IMG/VR virus record: IMGVR_UViG_3300030099_006944
Coordinates: 123,356-187,355 of that record
Length of the DNA stretch: 64,000 nt
Source of the DNA: a virus
Reading direction: 5' to 3' (one strand)
The notes under the pieces were generated by a model. That model had not been told where the DNA came from and ran no database searches. It worked only from the letters and a program-made list of their open reading frames with translations. Made by a program: the position numbers and the translations under genes. Shown here piece after piece: positions 35,254 through 44,555 of this stretch; the stretch's first letter is position 1; the number at the start of each line of letters is the position of its first letter.

Positions 35254-37008
35254 ATGTCAAAAGGATATAAAATACAAATGAACGATGCTGCAGCAGTGTC
35301 ACAAGTGATCAATCACCTTAGCACAGGTATACCAAAAGAAATGGCCCTGAGGGAACTTGTGATCAATGGAATTGAAGCATGTGGTAGAAATACGGCAGAA
35401 TCTGACCAACATTGTGTCTTGGTTGTTAAAGATCATCAGCTCAACAACAAACTATCTGTTATAAACACTGGCGGTGACTTTTTGAGCCAAAAAGTTTTTC
35501 AAGATAATTTAGCAACTTTAGGTAAAACTGGAAATTTAGTTGGCGAAGACTATGTTTTGGATAATAATAAGGGAATCGGTGCGAAAATTTCATATTTACC
35601 AAAGGCAAGACTTGGACTACTTTATAGATCAGTCGAGAAGGGTGAAGAAGAAGGTATATTTGCGCGAATGTGCGATAATGGTAATGGAATTTATCACCTA
35701 CCAACTTTTGAATGTGAATACACTGGAGACCAAACTTCTTGGCCAATATGCGACTCTTTTTCTGAATATAGAAGCAACTCAACCACCACAGAAGTTGTAA
35801 CAATGGGAGACAATATAGATCAGGACACTTGGTTAGATTTTGACCAAACTTGTTCCCTAAGAAAGGCAAGTACAGATGGTGGTACTGGATACGGTGTCTT
35901 CAGGTATTTAACCCATAGATTATGGACTCAACCGCAAGCACCAGTTAAAGTTGGCATATATGAAAAGTCCACCGGCGATTTATCTAGATTGGCAACAGTG
36001 AACGGTCTTAAATCGTTTATGATCAAAAAGGGTTGTAAACAATATGGCACAGTCAATTTTAAATACAATGATAAGATAGATATCGTAGCACACTGGAGTA
36101 TTATTAAAGATGCAAAAGATTCGGGATATTCATCTAATTGGTCAGCGTCTGGCTATACTGGAATTGCTTGGAAAGGAGAGGTTTACTCTGACTTTAAACA
36201 ACATCATTTATCAGTCAAGAAAGATTTAAATGATTGTGGTGTTATAATAAAATATAACAAAGTTCTTATTATTTTTGAAATAAGAGATGATGTTCAATTA
36301 AACACCAATTCCGGTAGAACCGAACTTTTTGATGGTGATAGCAAAATAGACAAAACTTTGTTGCATGATTTGTTTAGAGAAAACTTTCCACAAAAATTGA
36401 GAGAATGGCAAGAAGAAAATCAACTGAAAGATGAAAACTCCGAAGATCTAATGAAGCAAATCGCTAAAGATATGAAAGGGCTTGGTTTTGGTTCGTCTAA
36501 AAAAGGGACTGTCTCCACGCAAAGTCCACTGAAGATTGCCAGGACATCTAATCACAAAAGTATTCCTGCTTTAAAATCAGCCGCAGTAAAAAGCAAATCA
36601 ATGAAAAAAATAAATTCTGCTACGAATTTAAGAAACTATAAGCCAATCCCTCATCGTGAAATTGCCGATGAAAATGCTCCGTTGATTGAATTTCATTATA
36701 GAGATTATGTGCTACTTTTAAACACTGGATCTTCTGTTTATCAGAATAGAAGAAAAAGGATCTTAAATCAACTAGGGGAAAGTTGTCTAGTAAATGCTAC
36801 CTTGGAATTTCAAATAAAAAGGAAGATGGTAGTCAATGCAATCTATACTATTTTTGAAACAAGTAGCAATTACGCAGACTCGACTTTAGAAGAGAGGAAA
36901 GAAAAGTGGCTCCCCCAAAATCTTGAAGCCAACTGGAATGATTCGACTGAAAAAGAAATTTTGAAAATCATTAAAAGAAAAAATGACGAGCGGAAAAAAG
37001 CCGCTTAA
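35254..37008 (+). CDS. GHKL (Hsp90/MutL/MORC-like) ATPase-domain protein
   Basis: LRELVINGIEA N-box, VINTGG, KGIGAK G2 box; 584 aa. Confidence 0.65.
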   Translation: MSKGYKIQMNDAAAVSQVINHLSTGIPKEMALRELVINGIEACGRNTAESDQHCVLVVKDHQLNNKLSVINTGGDFLSQKVFQDNLATLGKTGNLVGEDYVLDNNKGIGAKISYLPKARLGLLYRSVEKGEEEGIFARMCDNGNGIYHLPTFECEYTGDQTSWPICDSFSEYRSNSTTTEVVTMGDNIDQDTWLDFDQTCSLRKASTDGGTGYGVFRYLTHRLWTQPQAPVKVGIYEKSTGDLSRLATVNGLKSFMIKKGCKQYGTVNFKYNDKIDIVAHWSIIKDAKDSGYSSNWSASGYTGIAWKGEVYSDFKQHHLSVKKDLNDCGVIIKYNKVLIIFEIRDDVQLNTNSGRTELFDGDSKIDKTLLHDLFRENFPQKLREWQEENQLKDENSEDLMKQIAKDMKGLGFGSSKKGTVSTQSPLKIARTSNHKSIPALKSAAVKSKSMKKINSATNLRNYKPIPHREIADENAPLIEFHYRDYVLLLNTGSSVYQNRRKRILNQLGESCLVNATLEFQIKRKMVVNAIYTIFETSSNYADSTLEERKEKWLPQNLEANWNDSTEKEILKIIKRKNDERKKAA

Positions 37009-37032
37009 AAACAAAAAACTTAACATTGCCCC

Positions 37033-37061
37033 TTGACAAATGTCTTGGGGCGTGTTATATT
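37033..37061 (+). promoter_or_regulatory. Sigma70-type promoter
   Basis: TTGACA-17-TATATT, extended TG. Confidence 0.85.
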
Positions 37062-37097
37062 ATATACATAATAAACAACAACAATCATGGAGGACAC

Positions 37098-40000
37098 ATG
37101 AATAAGATAGATTTTGTTGGGCTACACGCTCATTCTGGGGTTGGATCCCCTTTCGATGGATTTGGATATCCACAAGACCATATGGACTTTGCTTACAATA
37201 ACGGAAGCAGAGCCCTAGCACTAACAGACCACGGAAACATGAATGGTCTGGCTTACCAAGTTCTTCACGCCAAACGAATGAAGAAGGAAGGTAAAGACTT
37301 CAAGCCTATCTTTGGTGTTGAAGCGTATTTTATTGAGTCTGTTGCTGACTGGAAGGTAAAACTCGAAGAACACAGAGCGGACAAAGATAAGTCTAAAAAC
37401 ATTGACGACGCTCGCTCCGGAACAACCGTTGAGAACGAAGCGGAGTCCAAGTCTGCATCCAAATCAGAACTAAATCGTAAGAGACACATTGTTCTTCTTG
37501 CAATGAATCAGGAAGGCTTAAATAATATTTTTAAGTTGGTTTCGGAATCTTATCACGGAGATAACTTTTATCGTAAGCCTCGTATTGATTTTGATATGTT
37601 AAAGAAGTATAACGAAGGCATCATTGCCCTTTCTGCTTGTCTTGGTGGTATCTATGCTGGTTGTTATTGGGAGAACCGCGAAGAGGGCTCTGAGGCTGTT
37701 CTTGACTGTATGAGAACCATGACCAACAAAATGCTTGATATATTCGGTGATCGTTGGTATGGTGAGTTACAGTGGAATGCTGTACCCGAACAACATGAGC
37801 TAAACAATTATGTTATTCAAATGCATAAAGAATTTGACATACCTTTGGTGTCGACATGTGACTCTCATTATCCAACGCCTGACGCTTGGAACGATAGAGA
37901 ACTATATAAGAAAATAGGCTGGCTTGGCAAAGGAAAGCCAGAATGGATGTCTGATGAACTACCTGAAAGCGTGGATGAGATTGGCTATGAACTGTATCCA
38001 AAGAACGGCGAACAAATGTGGTCCGATTATAAAAGATACAGCAACATTGTACATACCGACATTTCTTATGATGATGAAATTGTTCGCCGATCTATGTTGG
38101 AGACGGTCAATATTGCTTTTGAAAGGATTGATAATTTTCTCCCTGATAACACTGTACGCTTGCCTGATTTTGTCGTACCTGCTGGCCATCATCCTGCAGA
38201 ATACTTGGCTCAATTATCCTTCGAGGGCCTATTTAAAATTTTGGAATTACGTTCTATCGAACGAGGGTCAGCCACTTGGGTGGAGTACACCGATCGACTG
38301 AAACACGAACTCGATGTTATCTCGGATAGAGGGTTCTCAAAATATTTCTTGACTATGAAGTCAATCACGGATAAGACAAATGAAGTACAACTCTCAGGGC
38401 CCGGACGAGGATCAGCAGCAGGATCGCTGGTCGCTTATGCACTGGGCATTACACAAGTGGATCCAATTAAGTATGGTTTATTATTCTCACGTTTTCTCCG
38501 CGCCGACGCAACGGATTATCCTGATATTGATTATGATGTATCCGATCCTATGGTGCTTAAAGAAATTCTTATTGATGAGTGGGGTTCTAATACCGTAGTT
38601 CCTATTTCTAACTTCAATACGTTACAGTTAAGATCTTTGATCAAAGATATTTCAAAGTTCTATGATATTCCGTTTACTGAGGTCAATAAAGTTACAAACA
38701 CAATGATGAATGAAGCCACACCTCTGGCTAAGAAGAAGCATGGAATACGTGCTGGTGTGTACACGCCTACATTTGAGGAAGTCTGTGAATTCTCTGAGAC
38801 TCTTCAAGCATTCTTCTTAGAATACCCGAAGGTCAAATCTCATGTTGAAGGGTTGATGGGACAAATCCGTTCCACTTCTCGTCACGCCGGAGGTGTGGTT
38901 ATCGGAGAAGAGTTGGATAAATATATGCCACTTATAGCTTCCAAAGGTGTCCGTCAGACTCCTTGGTCGGAAGGGATGAATGTACGTCAACTTGAACCGA
39001 TGGGTTTCATTAAGTTTGATATTCTTGGTCTTGCTACATTGAGAATGATGGAGGAAGCAATTGAGCGTATCTTACAAAACCATCATGGAATTAAGTCCCC
39101 AACTTTCGAAGATATCAAAAAATATTACGACGAAAACCTACACCCAGATGTAATTAATCTAAATGATCAAGACGTTTATAAGAACATATTTCAAGCCGGC
39201 AAGTGGATGGGTATCTTCCAGTTCACAGAAAAAGGTGCACAATCACTTTCGAAGAGGGCGCAACCGAAGTCAATTATTGATATATCTGCGATTACTTCTA
39301 TTTATCGTCCCGGGCCTTTATCTGCTGGTGTGGATAAGGCATATGTGGACGCTGTTAGAGACCCTCTACTAGTAAAGTATGAAAATGAAATAGTCGAAGA
39401 GATCACCAGAGAAACTAGCGGCTTTCTTATATTTCAAGAACAAATTGCTCTTCTTGCCCACAAACTTGGCAAAGACATTAATCTTGATGATGCTAATTTG
39501 CTCCGCAAGTTGTTGACCAAAAAAGGTCTCGATGCCGCCAAGCAAGCTAAGAAAGAAGAAATAATGACAAAGTTTGTTCGTGGTTGTGTCGAGAAGAACA
39601 TTTCTCGCGATGTAGCTATGGATATGTGGCAAAAGTTTGAATATTTCTCTGGCTATGGTTTCAATAAATCACATGCTGTTGCTTATTCTTTGATATCCTA
39701 TCAGACTGCTTGGTTGGCTACATACTACAATGCGGAGTGGGCTTGTGCTTTCTTGGACAAGGAACCAGAGTCTCGTAAAGAAGCAGCGATTAATATTGCT
39801 AAATCTTGGGGTTATACAATCAAGTCATTGAACATCAACACGTCCGGACGTAAATGGTCTAGTGTTGGTAAAAATACTCTTGTTGCGCCTTTAACAACTA
39901 TTAAAGGTCTCGGTGATGCAGCCATTGATGAGATCATTGAGAAGCGCCCATTTACGTCCGTAGAGCATCTTTTGTTTGATGGAGGTGTGGTAGCACGAAA

Positions 40001-40553
40001 ACTCAATAAGAAGTCCTTAGATGCCCTTTGTAGAGCCTCTGCGATGGATGATTTGATGGATGATAGGTTCTTTGGGGATAAACATTTCTGGTCTGCTGTT
40101 GTGGTAGATAAACCCAAGAGTAAGAAGAAATTAAATGAGAATATTGAGACTTATAAACAAGAAGGGTCTTTCTCAACATCCGAGAGAATTCAGAACATTC
40201 AAACCTTAACCGGTATATATCCGATCAACATGGTTATGACAAATCGTGCACGAAAGATATTAAAGGAGTTTGTTGTTCCGCCGATATCAGAGTTCGATTC
40301 CGATCTGGGTGTTGCTTGGTGTATACCGACTAAAATTAGCAAAAAGAAAAGCAAAAATGGCAAATGGTTTTATACTATCGACACCATTGACTCGAACTCT
40401 GTCATGACAAAGATTCGCTGTTGGGGAGTTGATCCGGATAAGGACTTTATTTACCTTAACAAACCCTATGTCATCAAGAAACCAAGCTACAATGAAACTT
40501 GGGGATTCTCAACTTATGGTCGCGTCGATAAAAAATGGATGATGATCAGTTAA
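37098..40553 (+). CDS. dnaE: DNA polymerase III alpha subunit (family C)
   Basis: PHP LHAHS/TDHG, GRGSAAGSL, PDIDYD, KFDILGL, FQEQ, GYGFNKSHA. Confidence 0.96.
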   Translation: MNKIDFVGLHAHSGVGSPFDGFGYPQDHMDFAYNNGSRALALTDHGNMNGLAYQVLHAKRMKKEGKDFKPIFGVEAYFIESVADWKVKLEEHRADKDKSKNIDDARSGTTVENEAESKSASKSELNRKRHIVLLAMNQEGLNNIFKLVSESYHGDNFYRKPRIDFDMLKKYNEGIIALSACLGGIYAGCYWENREEGSEAVLDCMRTMTNKMLDIFGDRWYGELQWNAVPEQHELNNYVIQMHKEFDIPLVSTCDSHYPTPDAWNDRELYKKIGWLGKGKPEWMSDELPESVDEIGYELYPKNGEQMWSDYKRYSNIVHTDISYDDEIVRRSMLETVNIAFERIDNFLPDNTVRLPDFVVPAGHHPAEYLAQLSFEGLFKILELRSIERGSATWVEYTDRLKHELDVISDRGFSKYFLTMKSITDKTNEVQLSGPGRGSAAGSLVAYALGITQVDPIKYGLLFSRFLRADATDYPDIDYDVSDPMVLKEILIDEWGSNTVVPISNFNTLQLRSLIKDISKFYDIPFTEVNKVTNTMMNEATPLAKKKHGIRAGVYTPTFEEVCEFSETLQAFFLEYPKVKSHVEGLMGQIRSTSRHAGGVVIGEELDKYMPLIASKGVRQTPWSEGMNVRQLEPMGFIKFDILGLATLRMMEEAIERILQNHHGIKSPTFEDIKKYYDENLHPDVINLNDQDVYKNIFQAGKWMGIFQFTEKGAQSLSKRAQPKSIIDISAITSIYRPGPLSAGVDKAYVDAVRDPLLVKYENEIVEEITRETSGFLIFQEQIALLAHKLGKDINLDDANLLRKLLTKKGLDAAKQAKKEEIMTKFVRGCVEKNISRDVAMDMWQKFEYFSGYGFNKSHAVAYSLISYQTAWLATYYNAEWACAFLDKEPESRKEAAINIAKSWGYTIKSLNINTSGRKWSSVGKNTLVAPLTTIKGLGDAAIDEIIEKRPFTSVEHLLFDGGVVARKLNKKSLDALCRASAMDDLMDDRFFGDKHFWSAVVVDKPKSKKKLNENIETYKQEGSFSTSERIQNIQTLTGIYPINMVMTNRARKILKEFVVPPISEFDSDLGVAWCIPTKISKKKSKNGKWFYTIDTIDSNSVMTKIRCWGVDPDKDFIYLNKPYVIKKPSYNETWGFSTYGRVDKKWMMIS

Positions 40554-40557
40554 AAAC

Positions 40558-40586
40558 TTGACAAACAATTGTCAATATGTTACATT
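40558..40586 (+). promoter_or_regulatory. Sigma70-type promoter
   Basis: TTGACA-17-TACATT. Confidence 0.75.
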
Positions 40587-40606
40587 ATATTATATTGGAG
40601 GAAAAA

Positions 40607-40825
40607 ATGAGAATAATATCAATAACAGACAAATATGGGGGAGAAAGATTGATCAACCCCAATCAAATAACACAAATATGGGATGACCGCGGCCCTAGCA
40701 CAGGTAGCAAGGAGGTGATAATAACTCTTTCTTGCGGAAGCCACATTAGAACACAATTTACAACAATCGATCATGCTCTCGATTATATACAAAGAGCATC
40801 AAGTCATTCACTAGTAGGAGGATAA
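40607..40825 (+). CDS. FlbD/SwrD-like small protein
   Basis: LINPNQITQI...IITLSCG pattern. Confidence 0.5.
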   Translation: MRIISITDKYGGERLINPNQITQIWDDRGPSTGSKEVIITLSCGSHIRTQFTTIDHALDYIQRASSHSLVGG

Positions 40826-40826
40826 T

Positions 40827-41126
40827 ATGACTAAATTTGAATTTGTAACAAACAACACCGCTGCAATCGTAGAAGAATACGAAGAAGCAGCGTTTAAAAC
40901 AAAAGAGCAACACATGGCTGATTATATCAAATCAATGAAAGCCTTGGAAGATGCTATGGAGCCGTACAAAGAACAAAAGCGAGAGCTTAAAACAGAGTAC
41001 ATCGATAGCGGCTGGTTAACAAAAGAAGATATTTCTTTAACAGTTCGAGCTTATCGACTACTTAAAAACGATGTTGATATCGAGGCGCTTCTTGATATTT
41101 ATGATAATTTAAAAGGAGATAAGTAA
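40827..41126 (+). CDS. T4 DsbA/GapR-like dsDNA-binding protein
   Basis: YIKSMKALED...QKRELK..SGW..YR...IYDNL helical pattern. Confidence 0.5.
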   Translation: MTKFEFVTNNTAAIVEEYEEAAFKTKEQHMADYIKSMKALEDAMEPYKEQKRELKTEYIDSGWLTKEDISLTVRAYRLLKNDVDIEALLDIYDNLKGDK

Positions 41127-41587
41127 TGTTAATTGACTATTTCAAATTAAGAGATAGTGCATTGGATCCCGTCCGAGCTAACCCCTCGGATGCGGGTTTG
41201 GATGTTTTCTATTGTCCTTCGGACGAAAGAGACAGTGTTTTAATACAACCCGGAGAATCTATTGTTCTAGAAACCGGATTGAAGTTTGGTGTGCCACATG
41301 GTTTTATGTTGGAAGTCAAAAATAGATCATCAGTGGCATCTAAGAGACGATTGGTTGTTGGGGCATGCGTTATAGACCCGGGTTACAACGGCGAACTGTA
41401 TGTAAACTTGGTAAATGTAGGAAACAGTGCTCAGTTAATCGAGAGTGGTACGAAAATTGCACAAGTGATTATGGTACCTGTTATTCATTTTCGTGCACGA
41501 AAGATAATGACTGACTCGTTGTATGATAATCCTATTTGTGTTTCTAACAGAGGAACAAGCGGCTTTGGTTCAACGGGGACTAATTAA
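41126..41587 (+). CDS. dut: Trimeric dUTPase
   Basis: DAGLD, RSS, VIDPGYNGE, IAQ, RGTSGFGSTG. Confidence 0.95.
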   Translation: MLIDYFKLRDSALDPVRANPSDAGLDVFYCPSDERDSVLIQPGESIVLETGLKFGVPHGFMLEVKNRSSVASKRRLVVGACVIDPGYNGELYVNLVNVGNSAQLIESGTKIAQVIMVPVIHFRARKIMTDSLYDNPICVSNRGTSGFGSTGTN

Positions 41588-41591
41588 AATA

Positions 41592-41924
41592 ATGCCCAAT
41601 AAATACGCGAAAGACACGAAGAAGTTCACATTTTATGCGAAGGATGATTTGCATGCAAAATTTAAGATACGCATGCAACACCACACCTTAACACAATCAG
41701 AATTTCTTCGCGCCTGCGTTCAAGCCGTTGTTGATCAGGATCCAACAATGGAATCCTTTATTGATGAATATAAGGAAAAGAACGGAAAGCAAAGTAAAAA
41801 GCAAAGATCCAAAATCAAAAAAGATCAAGAAGACTCGAAGGACTTGCTAGATTCTTTGGGTTTCGGTGATGGAGACATTGATTCCATCTTTGATCTAATA
41901 GCGAAAGAACACCCAGAAATTTAA
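41592..41924 (+). CDS. Putative ribbon-helix-helix DNA-binding protein
   Basis: KFTFYAKDDLHAKF...TQSEFLRACV. Confidence 0.5.
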   Translation: MPNKYAKDTKKFTFYAKDDLHAKFKIRMQHHTLTQSEFLRACVQAVVDQDPTMESFIDEYKEKNGKQSKKQRSKIKKDQEDSKDLLDSLGFGDGDIDSIFDLIAKEHPEI

Positions 41925-41991
41925 TAATTTATGAATTTTTCTGTTTTTGGTGTCTATTTAGTTTGAAATAAAGTCTTAAGGAGAGATAATT

Positions 41992-42549
41992 ATGGCTAAA
42001 AAATTATTGAGCGAAGCACAGGTTCGCAGATTTGCAAAGTTGGCTAACCTTTCGCCAATGAACGAAATGAAAATGGAAGAAGAGGAAACCGTAGAAGAAG
42101 GTATGTATGCCGAAGAGGAAGAGGATATGGCTGATGAAGAAGCCCCTCCTGCCGAAGAAGAGCCTGCGCCTGAACTGGATGCCGAAGAACCAATGGAAGA
42201 GCCAATGGATGATATGGGTGGCGAAGATTTAGAATTAACTGATGATGAAGCCCAAGCCATTATTGATCTCGGAAAGAAACTTGAAGCAGCTATGCCTGCC
42301 GGTGGCGAAGAAGAAATGGAAATGGATGCTGTTGAACCAGCAGAAGAACCAGCCCCAGAAATGGAAATGGGTGATGAAGAAGAAATCATGGAAGCTCTTC
42401 GTGGTATCAACTATATCCCCGGAAAAAAAGAAATCGTTGAAGAAGTTGCTCGCAGAGTTGCAAAGCGTTTACTTAAAGCAAAACGTGCACAAAAAGAACT
42501 CAATGAAGCACTAGGCAATGGTTCTGTTCGTCGTCAAACCAAGAAATAA
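41992..42549 (+). CDS. Acidic low-complexity protein, possible scaffold/virion protein
   Basis: Glu/Pro/Met-rich core with basic ends. Confidence 0.6.
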   Translation: MAKKLLSEAQVRRFAKLANLSPMNEMKMEEEETVEEGMYAEEEEDMADEEAPPAEEEPAPELDAEEPMEEPMDDMGGEDLELTDDEAQAIIDLGKKLEAAMPAGGEEEMEMDAVEPAEEPAPEMEMGDEEEIMEALRGINYIPGKKEIVEEVARRVAKRLLKAKRAQKELNEALGNGSVRRQTKK

Positions 42550-42550
42550 T

Positions 42551-42579
42551 TTGACAAATATTAGTTAATGTGTTATAAT
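42551..42579 (+). promoter_or_regulatory. Consensus sigma70 promoter
   Basis: TTGACA-17-TATAAT with extended TG. Confidence 0.88.
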
Positions 42580-42580
42580 T

Positions 42581-42606
42581 AGGAGAGGAGACCCCTCTCC
42601 TTTTTT
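42581..42606 (+). terminator. Intrinsic terminator overlapping predicted start site
   Basis: AGGAGAGG/CCTCTCCT stem then T-run. Confidence 0.65.
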
Positions 42607-42618
42607 ATTGGAGGATAA

Positions 42619-43002
42619 ATGTTAGAATATATTATCGGATTCACCTGTGGAGTGGTATTGTTTTATTTTTTGTCATATGTAATGGCATTAGGTCACTCTA
42701 TTAGCGTCCTAAAACAAACACAAAGAAGTTGTGCTGCTCTCTTTGTTGTTAGTGAACAGGGATTACATGAGGTTTTACACCTCAAATATTTGGCCATGGA
42801 AGAATCCGGCAGGTCTGAACAAAATATAACAGCACAAAAGTACATTGATCAAATGAGTATCGATAGCATTCGTAAAACAATCATGAGAAATTATGTTAGG
42901 GTCTTTCCGGAAAGCTATAAAAATGTTATGGAATATTCAACTTGGGAAGAAATGGAAGCGTATGTTAATACGGCCTTAAAACAAGGCGAAGATATATCAT
43001 GA
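42619..43002 (+). CDS. Hypothetical membrane-anchored protein
   Basis: N-terminal hydrophobic helix; GGAGG SD. Confidence 0.6.
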   Translation: MLEYIIGFTCGVVLFYFLSYVMALGHSISVLKQTQRSCAALFVVSEQGLHEVLHLKYLAMEESGRSEQNITAQKYIDQMSIDSIRKTIMRNYVRVFPESYKNVMEYSTWEEMEAYVNTALKQGEDIS

Positions 43003-43012
43003 GGATTAATCA

Positions 43013-43654
43013 ATGGAATTTGAAAAGAAAAGCAAAAAGAAAGCTAAAAAAGAAGAGCCACAACCGGCTGAGGAAAAACAAGAACTAACAGCAGAAGAAT
43101 TACTGGGCGCCCTTCAAGGTAACAATCCCGAACAAAGAAGTATTATGTTGGTCGGTGAGATAGATGAAGAGAAGGCTGCTGATCTTATTTCTGCTCTCTT
43201 GGTGTTGTCCCAACAAAAAGCACCCGGTCAGGAAAAGGCAGACGATATTAAAATATATGTCTCGACCTATGGAGGATCAGCAGATGAAATGTTTAGTATC
43301 TATGACGTCATGAGTTATTGTAAACAATTCTGCGATATCGAAACAATAGGGTTGGGAAAAGTAATGTCAGCCGGTACACTTATCTTGGCTTCCGGCACCA
43401 AAGGAAAGAGAAAGATTGGAAAACACTGCAGAGTGATGATTCATTCAGTTAATGGTGGTTCAATTGGTGAGTTACACAACTTACAGAACGAAATGGAACA
43501 AATGAAAGGTCTGCAAGATAATTACATACAGTGTCTCTCAACAGAAACAGAAATGACAAAAAGACAAATCCAGTCACTAATTAATAGAAAGGTAAACGTT
43601 TATCTTTCGGCTAGTGAAGCCATAGAGAAAGGTCTAGCAGATGAGGTGTTATAG
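43013..43654 (+). CDS. clpP: ClpP-family serine protease
   Basis: STYGGS, GKVMSAG (Ser), RVMIHS (His), YLSASEAIEKGLAD. Confidence 0.88.
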   Translation: MEFEKKSKKKAKKEEPQPAEEKQELTAEELLGALQGNNPEQRSIMLVGEIDEEKAADLISALLVLSQQKAPGQEKADDIKIYVSTYGGSADEMFSIYDVMSYCKQFCDIETIGLGKVMSAGTLILASGTKGKRKIGKHCRVMIHSVNGGSIGELHNLQNEMEQMKGLQDNYIQCLSTETEMTKRQIQSLINRKVNVYLSASEAIEKGLADEVL

Positions 43655-44553
43655 TGGGTATAGAAGACAAAATATTTTATAATGAAGGTTCGGCAGCTAA
43701 ATTGGGATGGGATCCCAAGTGGTTTGGTTGCAAGAAATTCAGTGAAAAATTGGTAGCTGCAATTGAAAAATTTCAGAAAGAACATGGGTTAACAGCGGAT
43801 GGCTGCTGTGGGCCTACAACTTATAGAAGAATTTATAACGATAGAGTTGCGAACATTGAAGACCACTCTCCAATGTCACATAAGGATAATACCGAGTCTT
43901 TTCTTATATACAATAGCGACTACATTCCAATCGAATGGCCGAAGGTAAAGTTGTTTTTTGAAGGCGGTGGTTTAAAACTTCGAGGAGGATACAAACATCT
44001 CAACTATAAACGTGATCCAAAGTTTTTTGTATGTCACTGGGATGTTTGTCTTTCCTCTGAGATTTGTTATAAGGTGCTTTCAAAGCGTGGAATCAGTGTA
44101 CATTTTTCAATTGATAATGATGGAACAATATATCAGTTTATGGACATGAATGACGTGGCGTATCATGCCGGCGGAAAAGTTTGGAATGATCGCTCGATTG
44201 GTGTTGAGATCTCCAATGCTTTCTACCCAAAGTATCAGAACTGGTATGAGAAGAGGGACTATGGAAAGAGACCGGTTGTTAAGAATGCTTATGTTCATGG
44301 TAAGAAACTAGAAGAGCATTTGGGTTTTTATCCTGTTCAATTAGAGGCATTGAAAGCGTTGATGAAAGCCGTCCATAAAGCCACGGGAATACCCCTTCAA
44401 GCTCCCCTTGATCGTTCGGGCAAGACCAACACTAAGGTGAGCAAGAAAGCCGCTGAGGGCCGCTTTGAAGGCTTTATAAGCCACTATCATCTGACCAAGC
44501 GAAAGATTGATTGCGCTGGTTTGGACATTAAGAAACTATTAGAGGAATTATAG
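43654..44553 (+). CDS. Endolysin: PG-binding domain plus Amidase_2
   Basis: FQKEHGLTADG..GPTT; VCHW, SVHF, AYHAG, SIGVE, SHY. Confidence 0.85.
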   Translation: MGIEDKIFYNEGSAAKLGWDPKWFGCKKFSEKLVAAIEKFQKEHGLTADGCCGPTTYRRIYNDRVANIEDHSPMSHKDNTESFLIYNSDYIPIEWPKVKLFFEGGGLKLRGGYKHLNYKRDPKFFVCHWDVCLSSEICYKVLSKRGISVHFSIDNDGTIYQFMDMNDVAYHAGGKVWNDRSIGVEISNAFYPKYQNWYEKRDYGKRPVVKNAYVHGKKLEEHLGFYPVQLEALKALMKAVHKATGIPLQAPLDRSGKTNTKVSKKAAEGRFEGFISHYHLTKRKIDCAGLDIKKLLEEL

Positions 44554-44555
44554 AA

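Noticed and set aside
14722-40553. Inteins or introns in RecA, DnaB, NrdJ, DnaE
   Set aside because: Lengths are normal, motifs are contiguous, and no splicing or homing endonuclease motifs were seen
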